From the human T2T-CHM13v2.0 reference genome, Homo sapiens, in the NCBI RefSeq assembly GCF_009914755.1, contig NC_060947.1: a stretch of DNA of 64,000 nucleotides; one strand, written 5' to 3'. This document shows positions 16,692-31,981 of the stretch, piece by piece. The notes below the pieces were generated by a model, which ran no database searches, had not been told where the DNA came from, and saw only the letters and a program-made list of their open reading frames with translations. Each line of letters begins with the position of its first letter. Positions within the stretch are counted from its first letter, which is position 1. Both the position numbers and the translations under genes were made by a program.

Positions 16692-19600
16692 CATTCTTTG
16701 TTGCATGTGACCACTGAGGTTTCTCCACAGAGCCCTGCTAATGATTAAAGAGACATTTCAGTAAAAATTTTGAATCAATAATCTCCTAACCCAGAGGGCT
16801 CAGCATGCATATTTTAGCATAACTTTGACATTCTATCATATAGTTGGGAGCTCTGCCTTTTCCTTCACTTTCTGCTTACACAGAGCCTCAAGGCAAGATA
16901 GAGGTGAAAGTTTAGGGTTTTCTCAGTTTTCTTTTCTGAGTATATACACAACCTTATGTCTGTGTTTCCTTCTGGATTCCCATGTATATGTCAGAATATT
17001 TCAAAGTCCCATATGTAAATCTTGATTTCTCAGCTTTTCTTTTTAAGTTTTTTTATTCCATTCTTTTTGCCCCAACTGTTATCTGTATTTCAAAAAACTA
17101 GGATGCTAAACCATTTTTATTAATTGTTTCTGACAGACTTCCTTGGGAGAAAGACTGTTTCCATGGAATGAGATCTTAGGCCAAATAAAGACGAGCTCTG
17201 CAATTGAGGCATTACATGTACTGCCAAACAGGTCAAATAATGACAATTCTTCAGAAATGATGCTTTTGCATGCTTCAAACATTTTCTACTATTTTCAGTT
17301 CCTGTTAGGCTGCTAGCTATTTGTGGAACTGTTGGTTTTCAAGGCCACCATGGAACTGGGGAAAGTGGAATCAAAATAGGGAGAGTAAAAATGCCACAAA
17401 GCTTGCTCTCCTTATTGAGACATAGGTGTTTCTATTGAATAAGTGTCCCTTGGATTGTTGCAAACATTTAGTTAATTTCCAGAACTCTGAATAGTTCATT
17501 TTGACCATTTTTTCCAGTGGTCTTGTTTTAGTTTTTTATGGAGGAACAGATTTTTGAAGGACTTAACTCCACAGTTTCTTCTGGAATCACTTTCTCGATA
17601 TAAATATTAGAGTAAGATTGTTTGTGTGTTTTTTTTTTTTTAAAGCACACACACAAAAACAAGCAAAAAAAACTTGCTGGAATTTTTATTGGAAATTAGT
17701 TAAACTTATAAATCATTTAGGATAAAATTGACATCTTTAGCATGCTGAGTCTTCCATTTTATAGACATGGTATGTCTTGCCATTTATTTAATTCTTTGTT
17801 TATGTCATTAGCATTTTGTAATTGTCAGCATGAAAAACCTTTATGTTTTGTTAAGCCTCCACCTAAGTATTTAATATTTTTGGATAGATTATAAATGATA
17901 CTTCAGTTTTAAAGATGATTTTCATGTAGTCACTATTGGTATATAGAAATGCAGTTGATTATTGTGTGGTAATTGTGTATGCTGCAGTGTTGCTACACTC
18001 AATTATTAGTTTTAGTAATTTTTAAACTTCTCTTTAGTAGACTTGTTGAATGTTCCTGCATCTACAATCATGCATATGCAAATAAAAAATTCTTTTTTTT
18101 CCAGTTTGTATATATATTATCGTTATTCATTTTCCTATTACAGATGCCAAAAGTTCTAATATCATGTTGAAAAAGAGTTAGGAGAATGGACATCCTTGCC
18201 TTGTCCCTGAAAGTATTCAGCCTTTCACAATTAAGTATGATGTTAGCTCTAATAAATATGATGCTTCAGTGATGTTAGCATTTGTAGATGCTCTATATCA
18301 AGATGTGTAAGTTTTTCTCTCTAATCCTAACTTGCTGAGTGTTTGTTGGTTTGTTTTGTGTTTTGAATTGTGTTGAGTTATATAAAATACCTTTTTGTAT
18401 CAATTTATATAATCACATGAGTTTTCTTCTTCCTTAGACTGTTGATATGATTTATTATGTAGATTGATTCTTGATTATTTAACCAGCCTTGCCTGACATA
18501 AATTTTTCAGTCATTGTAAATAACTCTGTTTGTATATTGTTGTGCTTCATTCACTAGTATTTTGTTAAAGGTTTTTGTGTTTATCTTCATAAGGCATATT
18601 AGTCTTCTTTAATTTTTCATTTTTGTATAGTTTTTGTCTGGCTTTAGTATCAGGATAATACTTATCTCATAAAATGAGATGTTTCTTTTTATTACTTTCT
18701 CTGGAAAAGATTATTTAAAGTTGAAATGAATATTTACTAGAAACATTTGAAAAATTAAAATCACCTGTTCCTGAAGATGAACTTTTCAGGAACATTCTAC
18801 TTATTAATTCACTTTCTTTAAAGGTTGTACAATGAATATGGTTATGTATTTGGTCTTGTTTGAGTTTTGTTAGTCATGGTCTTGAATTCATGAGTATAAA
18901 GTTGGTCTTGAATTCATGAGTATAAAGTTCATTTTAGTGTTTTCTAATTATTATTTTATTTCTTCAGGACCTGTTACAGTATTCCTCGCTTCTTTCATGA
19001 TGTTGGTGGTTTGTGACGTCTCTCTTTATTTTCATTTATGGTGTTGGTGGTTTGGATCTTCTCTATTTTTATTAGCCTTGATGGAAGTTTCTAAATATTA
19101 TTAATATAAAAATAACTATATTTATTTTCTTCATTATTTTCTGGTTATTTGCCTTGATTTCTGTCCATATTATTATTATTTCCTTCTTTTTACTTATACT
19201 GTTTACTTTGCTTTCCATTTTCTACTTTCTTGAGGTAGTAACTTAGACTATTGACTTAACTTTCCTATTTTTCTAATATAAGCACTCAGTAAGATAAATT
19301 TCCCTGTCAACATGGATTTAGCTACATACATCAAGTTTCAGTATGTTGTATTTTCATTTAAATCACACACACAAACACATATATTTTTTTCTTTGTAATT
19401 TCCTCTTTGAGAGATGAATTATTTAAAAATGTGTCATTTAGTATCCTCAAGTGTTTAAATATTTTCTTTTGTCTTTCTGGTATTGATTTCTAGTTTGATA
19501 CCATTATGATCAGATAAAACAATCTTCATATTTTTTTCTTAAATTTGTTGACTCCAGTTTTATGGCCCAAAATATGTTCTGTGTTGGTGAATGCTTCATG

Positions 19601-19760
19601 GTCACTTAAAAATATGTGTATTCTGATGTTAGTAGGTAGAGTGTTGTATATATGTCCCTCTTTCTCTTTAAATTTTCTATGTTATCAAATTTGAAATAAT
19701 TTTGTAAAAACCATGTATTTGGTTGTTTTTTAAAAATTACTTTACCAATCTCTGTGTTTG
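16692..19760 (-). mobile_element. Old L1M fragments (5'-region piece ~16692-17590, then ORF2 ~17600-19760)
   Basis: T-rich antisense ORF2 motifs (gagaatggacatccttgccttgtccctga; tggcccaaaatatgttct). Highly decayed. Confidence 0.6.
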
Positions 19761-19764
19761 TTCT

Positions 19765-20835
19765 TTTTGATAAATTTCATTTTTAAAATTGTTTTAGGCT
19801 TACAGAAAAATTGAGCAGATAGAACATACAATTCCTATATATCCCACACCCATTTTTTATAATTAATAATTTACATTAGTATATTTGTTAAAATAAATGA
19901 GCCAATATTGACTTCTTGTTATGAACTAAAGTCCATAGTTTAGATTTCCTTCATTTTTACCTGATGTCTTTTTTTGTGCTCCAGGATCTCATCCAGGATA
20001 TAATATCGCTTTATTTGCCATGTCTCTTTAGGTAGCTTTTGGCTGTGGCAGTTTCTTGGACTTTTCTTGGTTTCAAGGACCTTGGCAATTTTCAGAAGTA
20101 TTTATCAGGTATTTTGTAGGATGTTCCAATATTGGAATTTGATATTTTTATTATAATAAGACTGGGGATTATGAGTTCTTGGGAGAAATTCCATGGAGGT
20201 GATGTTTCACTTCACCACATCATATCAAAAATACATACTATCAATGAGATTTATGACTGTTAATATTGACTTAATCACTTGGCTGAGATAATGTGTGTCA
20301 GGTTTCCTGCCTGTAAAATTACTCTTTGATTCTGCCGTTTTCTACTCTTTCATTCTCTTCCTTTTTGTAAGAAAGTTACTATGTGGCTTATTGAGTGGGA
20401 AGTTATATCTACATAAATTTTTTGGAATTCTGCAATTAAAACTTGTCCTTCATCCACATTTATTAATTTATTCAATACTTTATGTATTTCAGTATGGAAA
20501 ATTGGCTATTTATTTTATACTTGAGATCTAATCCAATACTACTTTCTCTTGTTGCTCTAATTGTTACTATTTTGGCAATCAGGAACTTTTCAATTGGTGT
20601 TTGTCTGCTTGACATACCTGCATCCATAGACTTTTCATAGACTTTTTAAAGCACTTCTTTACTTTTTGGCACTACTTGATGCTGAAAGCTCATGTTCTAT
20701 ATTTCCTGCCCAAGCCCTAAATTCAGTCATTTCTCCAAGTTTCCCTGTTTTCTTTCTTGAAGAATGTATCAAAAAACAAAATTTAAGTGACATGTGTGCT
20801 AATTGCTACTGGAATTTTATTGCCTGTAGGCCTTT
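19765..20835 (-). mobile_element. L1MC/L1MD-like 3'UTR fragment
   Basis: ttttaggcttacagaaaaattgagcaga...aactaaagtccatagttt...ccaggatctcatccaggata resemble L1MC1/MD 3' ends. Confidence 0.65.
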
Positions 20836-20848
20836 GTTGTTGGCAGAT

Positions 20849-21180
20849 TGCTAGGGTCTGAATGTTTATGCCCCTGTGAAATTTCTTTGTTGAAATCTTC
20901 ACCCCCAAGGTAATGCTATTAGAAGGTGGGAACTTTAGAATAATTAGGTGATGGGGACAGAGCCCTCATGAAGGGGATCAATGCCCTTATAAAAGAAATC
21001 TGAGAGAGACCCTTTGCCACTTCTGCCATGTGGGTTAGAGTGAGAAGAAGGTTATTTACGAGAAAGTAGCCCTTACTAGACGCTGAATCTTCTGGTGCCT
21101 TGATCTTAGACTCACCAGCTTTCAGAACTGTAAGAAATAAATTTCTAGTGTTTACAAGCCACCCAGCCTATGGTAGTTTT
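20849..21180 (+). mobile_element. MLT1A-like LTR, 3' terminus missing
   Basis: tgctagggtctgaatgtttatgcccc...cagaactgtaagaaataaatttctagtgtttacaagccacccagcctatggta. Confidence 0.85.
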
Positions 21181-21210
21181 AGCTCCTACATTTGGGTCTC
21201 TGACCCATTT

Positions 21211-21526
21211 TTGTTGTTGTTGTGGTTGTTATTGTTGTCTGTTTTGAGACAGGGTCTCACTCTGTTGCCCAGGCTGAAGTGCACTGGCATCATCTAGGCT
21301 CATTGCAACCTCGACTCCTGGGTTCAAGCAATCCTCCCACCTCAGCCTCCCCAGTAGCTGGGACCACAGGGATGTGCCACTGTGCCTGGCTAACTTTTGT
21401 AATTTTGTTAAAGGTGGGGTTTAGCCATGTGGCCCAAGCTGGTCTTAAACTCCTGGGCTCAAGTGATCTGCTCGCCATGGCCTCCCAAAGTGCTGGGATT
21501 ACAGGTATGAGCCACCATGTCTGGCC
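21211..21526 (-). mobile_element. AluJ-like element with (TTG)n-converted tail
   Basis: gagacagggtctcactctg, tcctcccacctcagcc and ctcctgggctcaagtgatc are AluJ-type. Degenerate TSD tctctgacccattt/tcttatccattt. Confidence 0.9.
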
Positions 21527-24560
<3,034 letters not shown>

Positions 24561-25502
24561 TCATAGCTGGACTTATAGAAAGTAGCAGGGATAAATCAAT
24601 GTCTTCCTGTCTGAACAAGAATTTTACATTGTATGTGTACTCCAACCTTTTCTCCCAGTGGCCAAAACAGTCTAACTTTTTTTTTTCTTAACCAATATGG
24701 AATGCTGCTATCTAAAAGTTAGGCAAAACATATCAGAAAATTAGGCTTTAGGTCCTGCCTGGGTAGTATATATTGTAACTAGTAATAAGTAGAATTTCCA
24801 GAATTGAATAGAAAATTATTAATACTAGGCAGAAGATTTTCTTACTTTTCTGCGTTGGAAAGTCTTATATTTCACCATTCTACAGCTTTCCAAAAGATTA
24901 GTGCCATGTGTCTTGACATTGGAAACTATAAGCCTAAATTTAGAAACATGCTAATTAAAGCTAAACAAAATTTAGAGACATACTAATGTGCACTAAACTT
25001 TATTGACTAACCATTAGGTAGCCAGTTAAAAATTGTTGTGCAAAATTTTAATGACAATTTGCTTTAATTTTAATCACAACTTGCCACTTAAGTGATCAAT
25101 ACATTATATAGATTTTTAAATGTAAATTTGATGATGTAGAAGAATGTTTTTCTGTTTATTGTTATATAGGAAGCAATCACAGAAGTCTGAGTTGTGATCA
25201 TACCACCTAGCATCAATTATTTTAGACAGGTTTAGTAATCATAAAGGAATTTTCAAATGCTTGCCTTTCAAAATTCTCCCTACATTTCCAAGGTCCTGCA
25301 GAACAGCATATCTAATTTATTTTCCCCATTTCCAGAGACCATCCAGCCTTATAGTTAATATGGAACCAACATCTGATATTACAGCACTATAGGGCTCACA
25401 AGGACTTTCAGCATCATAGATTAGAAATTCTTTCCTTCATTACTGTGGTAGAAAGAGATTAATTATCTGACCTTATAAGTTCAATGAGTATTTTGCTGTT
25501 TA

Positions 25503-25760
25503 GAGCATTTCCCAAATTTGTTCAATGCAACATAACTGGGTGAAATAGTAGTAGGTTCCATAGGCATAGACAAGATGACATGGTCATGTAAGTTTGGTAA
25601 ATAATAAGCTAAACATAGTTAAATATTTGTATTTTTCTGCATGACTTCCCAGAAGCTTTAACATGCCTCTCCAAGGATGGAGGAGAGAGCAGGTTAAAAT
25701 CTAGTGTTTCTAAAAGAATTATCTTTTGAAATAATCTTTAGAAAATTTGCCTGGAATATT
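25503..25760. mobile_element. Possible hAT-Charlie non-autonomous DNA transposon (MER112/113-like)
   Basis: agcatttcccaaa end motif, taagtttggtaaat, gacttcccagaagctttaacatgc. Confidence 0.45.
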
Positions 25761-26029
25761 TTCATTTGTTTAACACAGAATTTCCAAATCTTGATTGAAT
25801 ATAGAATGCCCCTCACCACACATACTTTATTCCCCGTAAAGAAGAACATATATTCAGTCCAAGCAATTAAAGTGGGAAAATTTTAAGTGATAAAGATTAG
25901 AAAAAAATAATTACAAGTGACCTTACTTCCAGATTATGATTGTCTCCGTTGACTTTGATAAATACCTACAAATTGTTTGGCAGGATGAACAGAGACAGTG
26001 TAATTTTTTTAAAGGTAATTGCAATTTTT

Positions 26030-27920
26030 TACAACAAAAAAATTAAAAGCCTCAATCTTTAATACCAACAAAATAGCATATATATTTTAAAATTATAAGA
26101 TCTATAATATATTTACATAGAAAATAATGTAAAATATTGAGAATATTAAAAAGAACTAAATTAATAAAAAGATACATTATGTTCATGAATAAAATAGACT
26201 ATATGTCAAAGAAGTCTATTATTATATTGATTTGTGTTTTGGGGCAATTCAAATCAAAATTTGAGCAAGGTTTTTAGTATTTTTAGTGGAATTTTACAGA
26301 TTATTTAACTCTTTTAGGAGAGCAAAGGTCCAGGAGTAGCAATGATATTCTTCAATAAGAGCACAGTAAAGGGACTATTTCTACTTGTCCTATCAGCTAT
26401 CAAGACATTATTAAGACTCATTCTAAGTCCATAGTTATAGGACCATATTGTACTGGCAAATAAATGAATGCAGGAAAATAGAGAGTGCAGAATTTAATCA
26501 GCACCTGTATAAAAACCATTAATATGTGGTGTTGGAATTAGTGGTTATCTACATAGAAAAAAATAATTGGATTCCTATTTTATACCTCCACAGAATGCAA
26601 TTATGGATATATTAAGTACTTCAATGTACAAGAATAGTACTTGAAAACTTTTAGAAAAAAACATAATATTTCTATGATTAGATATTTTACACATGATAAA
26701 AAGGTGCAAGTGATAAAGAAAGTGAAAAGGCATTCCATGGCAGGGAAAACATCAGGGAAAACATATTTATCATACATATCATTTGACAAAGGCTTACTTT
26801 TCAGAATATGTTTTGGGATAATTAAGAAAACACTACAAACCAATAGGTAAAGATAAGTAATCTACTAATAAAGCAATATACAAAAGTGACAAAAGGGATT
26901 TCTACATAAACAGAGACATATGTGTTCAATAAGCATTTGAAAACATGCTCAACTATATTAGAAAGAAAATGCAAATTAAAATCAGGTACCATTTCATATT
27001 CATTAGAATTATGAAAATAAAAAATTCAGACAACACTAAGTGTATTAATTTGCTAAGGCTGCCATAAAAAATACTACAGACGAGGTGGCTCAGACAAACT
27101 TAATTTTATTGTCTTACAATTCAGAAAGTGAGAAGTCCAAGATCAGGTTATTGGCACATTTGGTTTCTTCTGAGGCCTCTCTCTCTGGCTTGCAGGTGGT
27201 GGTCTTCTCACTATGTCCTTACATAGTCATTCTTCTCTGTGTTATATGTGTTCTAATTTCCTCTTCTTATAAGGATACCAGTCATACTAGATGACAGTTC
27301 ACCCATATGACTTCATTTTATCTGAATTTTCTTATTAAGGACCCTATCTCCAAATACAGTCACATTCTGAGGTACTGGGAGTTATTACTTCAACACCCAA
27401 GAGTGCATAATTTAGCTCATAAATTTCAAGGGTACATAATTTAGCCCATAACACTAAGTTTTAGCAAAGATACTAACATGAAACTAACATTAAACAGACA
27501 TTAAAACTGAACAAACATGAATAACACTAAGCAAAGACACTAATTGTCTGCTATTCTGCGGTACATAGAATTATCATATGCTTCAGTTGAGAGTTTAAGT
27601 TGGTATAAACCTTTTGAAAAACATTTTTTATTATTTAGTAATGTTGAATATGTACATGCCCTAAAAATTTTACTTCTACTTATGCCTCAGATGGCATTTG
27701 TACAGGTGCTCAAGAAGAAATATATAACAAAAAGCCAAAAGTAAAAACTGGCAAACACCCAAATATCTACCAAAATAGAATAGATGAAGAAATTGTGGTA
27801 AAGTAATATAGTGGAATATTGTACAACAATTAAAATTACTAAACTATAGTAATGCACGTCAGCATATGTCAATCACAAAATTATTTAGTGATAGACTAAA
27901 TTCACAGAATATATAAATAT
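26030..27920 (+). mobile_element. L1ME-like ORF2 3'/3'UTR fragment, host of an MLT1 LTR
   Basis: gatacattatgttcatgaat, atatcatttgacaaaggctta, aaatgcaaattaaaa, gtggaatattgtacaacaattaaaa. Confidence 0.65.
27041..27453 (-). mobile_element. MLT1B/C-like solo LTR
   Basis: tgtattaatttgctaaggctgccat...cacattctgaggtactggg...tttagcccataaca. Perfect TSD ctaag at 27036-27040 and 27454-27458. Confidence 0.9.
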
Positions 27921-27921
27921 T

Positions 27922-28630
27922 TCTTCTTTGTGTGAAGTGATTTTCTAGCAGTATGTTTTAATTTTTTGCTTTTTTGTGTATCTGTTGTAGAGTATTGATT
28001 TGAGATTACCATGAGGCTCTCAAATAATATTTTACAACCAAATATTTTAAACTGATGACAACTTAATTTGAATCACAAAAAAATTTTAAAAAGCAAAAAA
28101 AAATTAAAACTTTTATATTTTAGCATCACCATCCCCCCACTTCTTGCCATTTTATCTCTATTTATAATTTTTATACTATCTCATAAAGTTATTGTACTTA
28201 TTACTTTTGACAGGTTTTTCTTTTAGTCTTCCTACTCAAGATATGAGTAGTTTGCACATCAAAGTTACAGCGTTAGAATATTCTGTATTTGTGTGCTTAG
28301 TATTACTAATGAGTTTTACATCTTGAGATGATTTATTATTGATCTTTTTTTTTCTTTCAGAATAAATAACTCCCTTTAGCATTTCTGGTAGAACTGGTCC
28401 AGTGTTGGCAAAATCCCTCCACTATTGCTTGTCTAGGAAAGTCTTTATGTATCTTTCATGTTTGAAGGGTATTTTTTGCTGGATGCGCTATTCTAGCATG
28501 AAAGTTTGTTTTTCCTCCTTCAGCACAATGAATATGTCGACTCACTCTTTTCTGGCCCCTAAGGTTTCCACTGAGAAGTTTGCTGCAACATGTATTGGAG
28601 CTCATTTTTATGTTATTTTTTTTAGCTTCT
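27922..28630 (-). mobile_element. L1MA-like ORF1/inter-ORF fragment
   Basis: actccctttagcatttct, cttgtctaggaaagtcttt, taaggtttccactgagaagtttgctg. Confidence 0.65.
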
Positions 28631-30304
28631 TATACAAAGTTTTTGCACATCAAAAGAAACAATCAAAAAAGTAAAAGACCCAGTTTTACAGATCCGGTTT
28701 CATTATTCTGCATATGGCTAGCCAATTTTCCCAGCAATATTTATTGAATAGGATGTTCTTTCCTTGCTCTGTTTTTTTTTTTTTTTTTGGCAACTTTGTT
28801 GAGGATCTATAGGCTGTAGGTATGTGGCTTTATTTCTGGGTTCTTTATTCTGTTCCATTGATCTATGTGTCCATTATTGTACAAGTACCGTGTGGTTTTG
28901 GTTACTATAGCCTTTTAATATAATTTGAGGTCAGTTAATGTGATGCCTCCATGCCTCCAGCTTTGTTCTTTTTGCTTAGAATTGCTTTAGCTTTTCTGGG
29001 TTTATTCCTGATGAATTTTTGGATCTTTACTTATTCTGTGAAAAATGACATAAGTATTTTGATAGGAATGGCATTACATCTGTAAATTGCTTTGGGGAGT
29101 ATGGTCATTTTAATGATTGATTATTTCAAATCATGAGCATGGGCTTTTTTTTTCGCTTGTCTTTGTCATTTAGGATTTATTTCATCACTGTCTTATAGTT
29201 TTCCTTGTAGCAATCTTTTATCTCCTCGATTAAATGTATACCTGGGTATTTATTTTTTCTTGTAGTTATTGTAATTAGGTTTGACATTTTGATTTGGTTC
29301 TCAGCTTGATCAGTACTGGTGTATAGAACTACTACTAATTTTTGTACTTTGATGTATCCTGAAATGTTATTAAATTCATTTATTAGATCTAGGAGTACTT
29401 TGGTGGAGTCTTTAGGGTTTTTTATGTATAAGATCACATGATAAACAAATGGAAATAATTAGGCTTTCTCTTTTCAATTTGGATGCCTTTTATTTCTTCC
29501 TCTTACCTGATTGCTCTGGCTAGGACTTCCAGTACTATGTTGTAATAAGAGTGGTGCAAGTGAGCATCCTTTTCTATTTTCATTTCTAAGAAGAAAAGCT
29601 GACAGCTTTTACTATGATGTTGGCTATGGGTTTATTATATATGGTTTTTATTATTTTGGGGTATGTTTCTTTATGCATAGTTTGTTGAGTGTTTTTATTA
29701 TGAAGCAATGCTGAATTTTATAAAAAGATTTTTTTCATCTATTGGGATGATCATATGGTTTTTGTCCTTAATTCTGTTAATGTGGTGAATTGCATTTATT
29801 GATTTCTATATGTTGAACCACCCTTGCATCTCTAGGATAAAATCCACTTGAATGTGGTGCATTACTTTTTTTGATGAGCTGTTGGATTTGGTTTACTCAT
29901 ATATTGTCGAGAATTTTTGCATCTATGTTCACCAAGAATAGTGGTCTGCAGTTTTCTTTAATTGTTTCTTTGCCTGGCTTTGGTATCAGAGTGCAACTAG
30001 CTGCATATAATTAGTTAGGGAGGATTCATTTCTCCTTAATTTGTTGAAACTATTGCAGTGGGTACCAGTTCTTCTTTGTAATTCTGGTAGAATTAGGTTG
30101 TGAATCCATCTGGTCCTGGGCTTCTTTTTTGTGGGGAGATTTTTAAAGTACTGATTCAATCCCACTATTCACTGTTGGTCTATAGAAAATTTTTATTTCT
30201 TCCTGGTTCAATCTTGATAGGTTATATGTTCCAGGAATTTATCTGTTTCCTTAAGTTTTCTAGTTCATGACTATAGAGATATTCATAGTAGTTTCTAATA
30301 ATAT

Positions 30305-30846
30305 ATATACGTATATGTATATATGTATATATTATAATATTATATATATACACATATATGAATATATATGAATATATACACATATATGAATATATATGAA
30401 TATATACACATATATGAATATATATGAATATATACACATATATGAATATATATGAATATATACACATATATGAATATATATGAATATATACACATATATG
30501 AATATATATGAATATATACACATATATGAATATATATACATATATGAATATATATGAATATATTTACATATATGAATATATATGAATATATATACATATA
30601 TGAATATATACGAATATATGAATATATACGAATATATATGAATATATATACATATATGTATATATACATATATGTATATATGAATATATATACATATATG
30701 TATATATACATATATGTATATATGAATATATATACATATATGTATATATACATATATGTATATATGAATATATATACATATATGTATATATGTTATATAT
30801 ATACACGTGTGTGTGTGTGTGTGTGTATATACATATATATATATAT
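30305..30846. repeat. Compound AT-rich mini/microsatellite (28-bp and 42-bp units, then (GT)10)
   Basis: cacatatatgaatatatatgaatatata x6 at 30351-30518. 42-bp unit starting at 30639, 30681, 30723 and 30765 (last partial). (GT)n at 30807-30826. Confidence 0.97.
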
Positions 30847-31270
<424 letters not shown>

Positions 31271-31981
31271 TAGTTTAACTGATACTTTGTATGGTTTTTT
31301 GGTTTCAAGTTCAATTAGTTCTGCTGTGATGCTGTAAACTTTGTTATTTATTCCTTTTCCTCTGCTAGCATTGAATTTGGTTTCTACTTTATTTTTTAGT
31401 TCCTTGAGGTGTGACATGCTGTTATTAATTTGTGATCATTCTGTCTTCTTGATATAAGCATTTAATGCTCCAAACTTCCCTCTTAGCATTGCTTTTGCTG
31501 TATCTCCAAGGTTTTGATATGGTGTTTCTCTATTTTTATATGTTACAATTTTTAAAATTTCCCTCTTACTTTATTTATCCAAACATTGTTCAGGAGCAAG
31601 TTTTTAAATTTTCCTGTATTTGTGTGGTTTTGAGAGTTTGTCTTGGAATTGATTTCTTCTTTCATTTCTCTATGATCTGAAATGATACTTGATATAATTT
31701 TGATTTTCAAAAATTTATTGAGACTTCTTTTGTAACCTAACATATAGTTTATTTTGGAAAATGGTGCATATGCTGATGAGAAGATTGTATATTCTTTGGT
31801 TGTTGGGTAGAATATTCTGTAAATGTCTGTTAGGTCAATTTGGTCTAGAGGCCAATTTAAGTTCAGTATTTCTGTGTTGATTTCCTGTCTTGATAATCTG
31901 TCTAGTGCTGTCAGTGGGGATTGAAGTCTGCCACTATTATTGTATTAATATTTATCTCTTAGTTCTATCATTTGTTTCATT

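Noticed and set aside
30351-30790. 28-bp repeated unit resembling a CRISPR array
   Set aside because: Units are contiguous with no unique spacers, are low complexity, lie in an Alu tail, and no cas genes are present.
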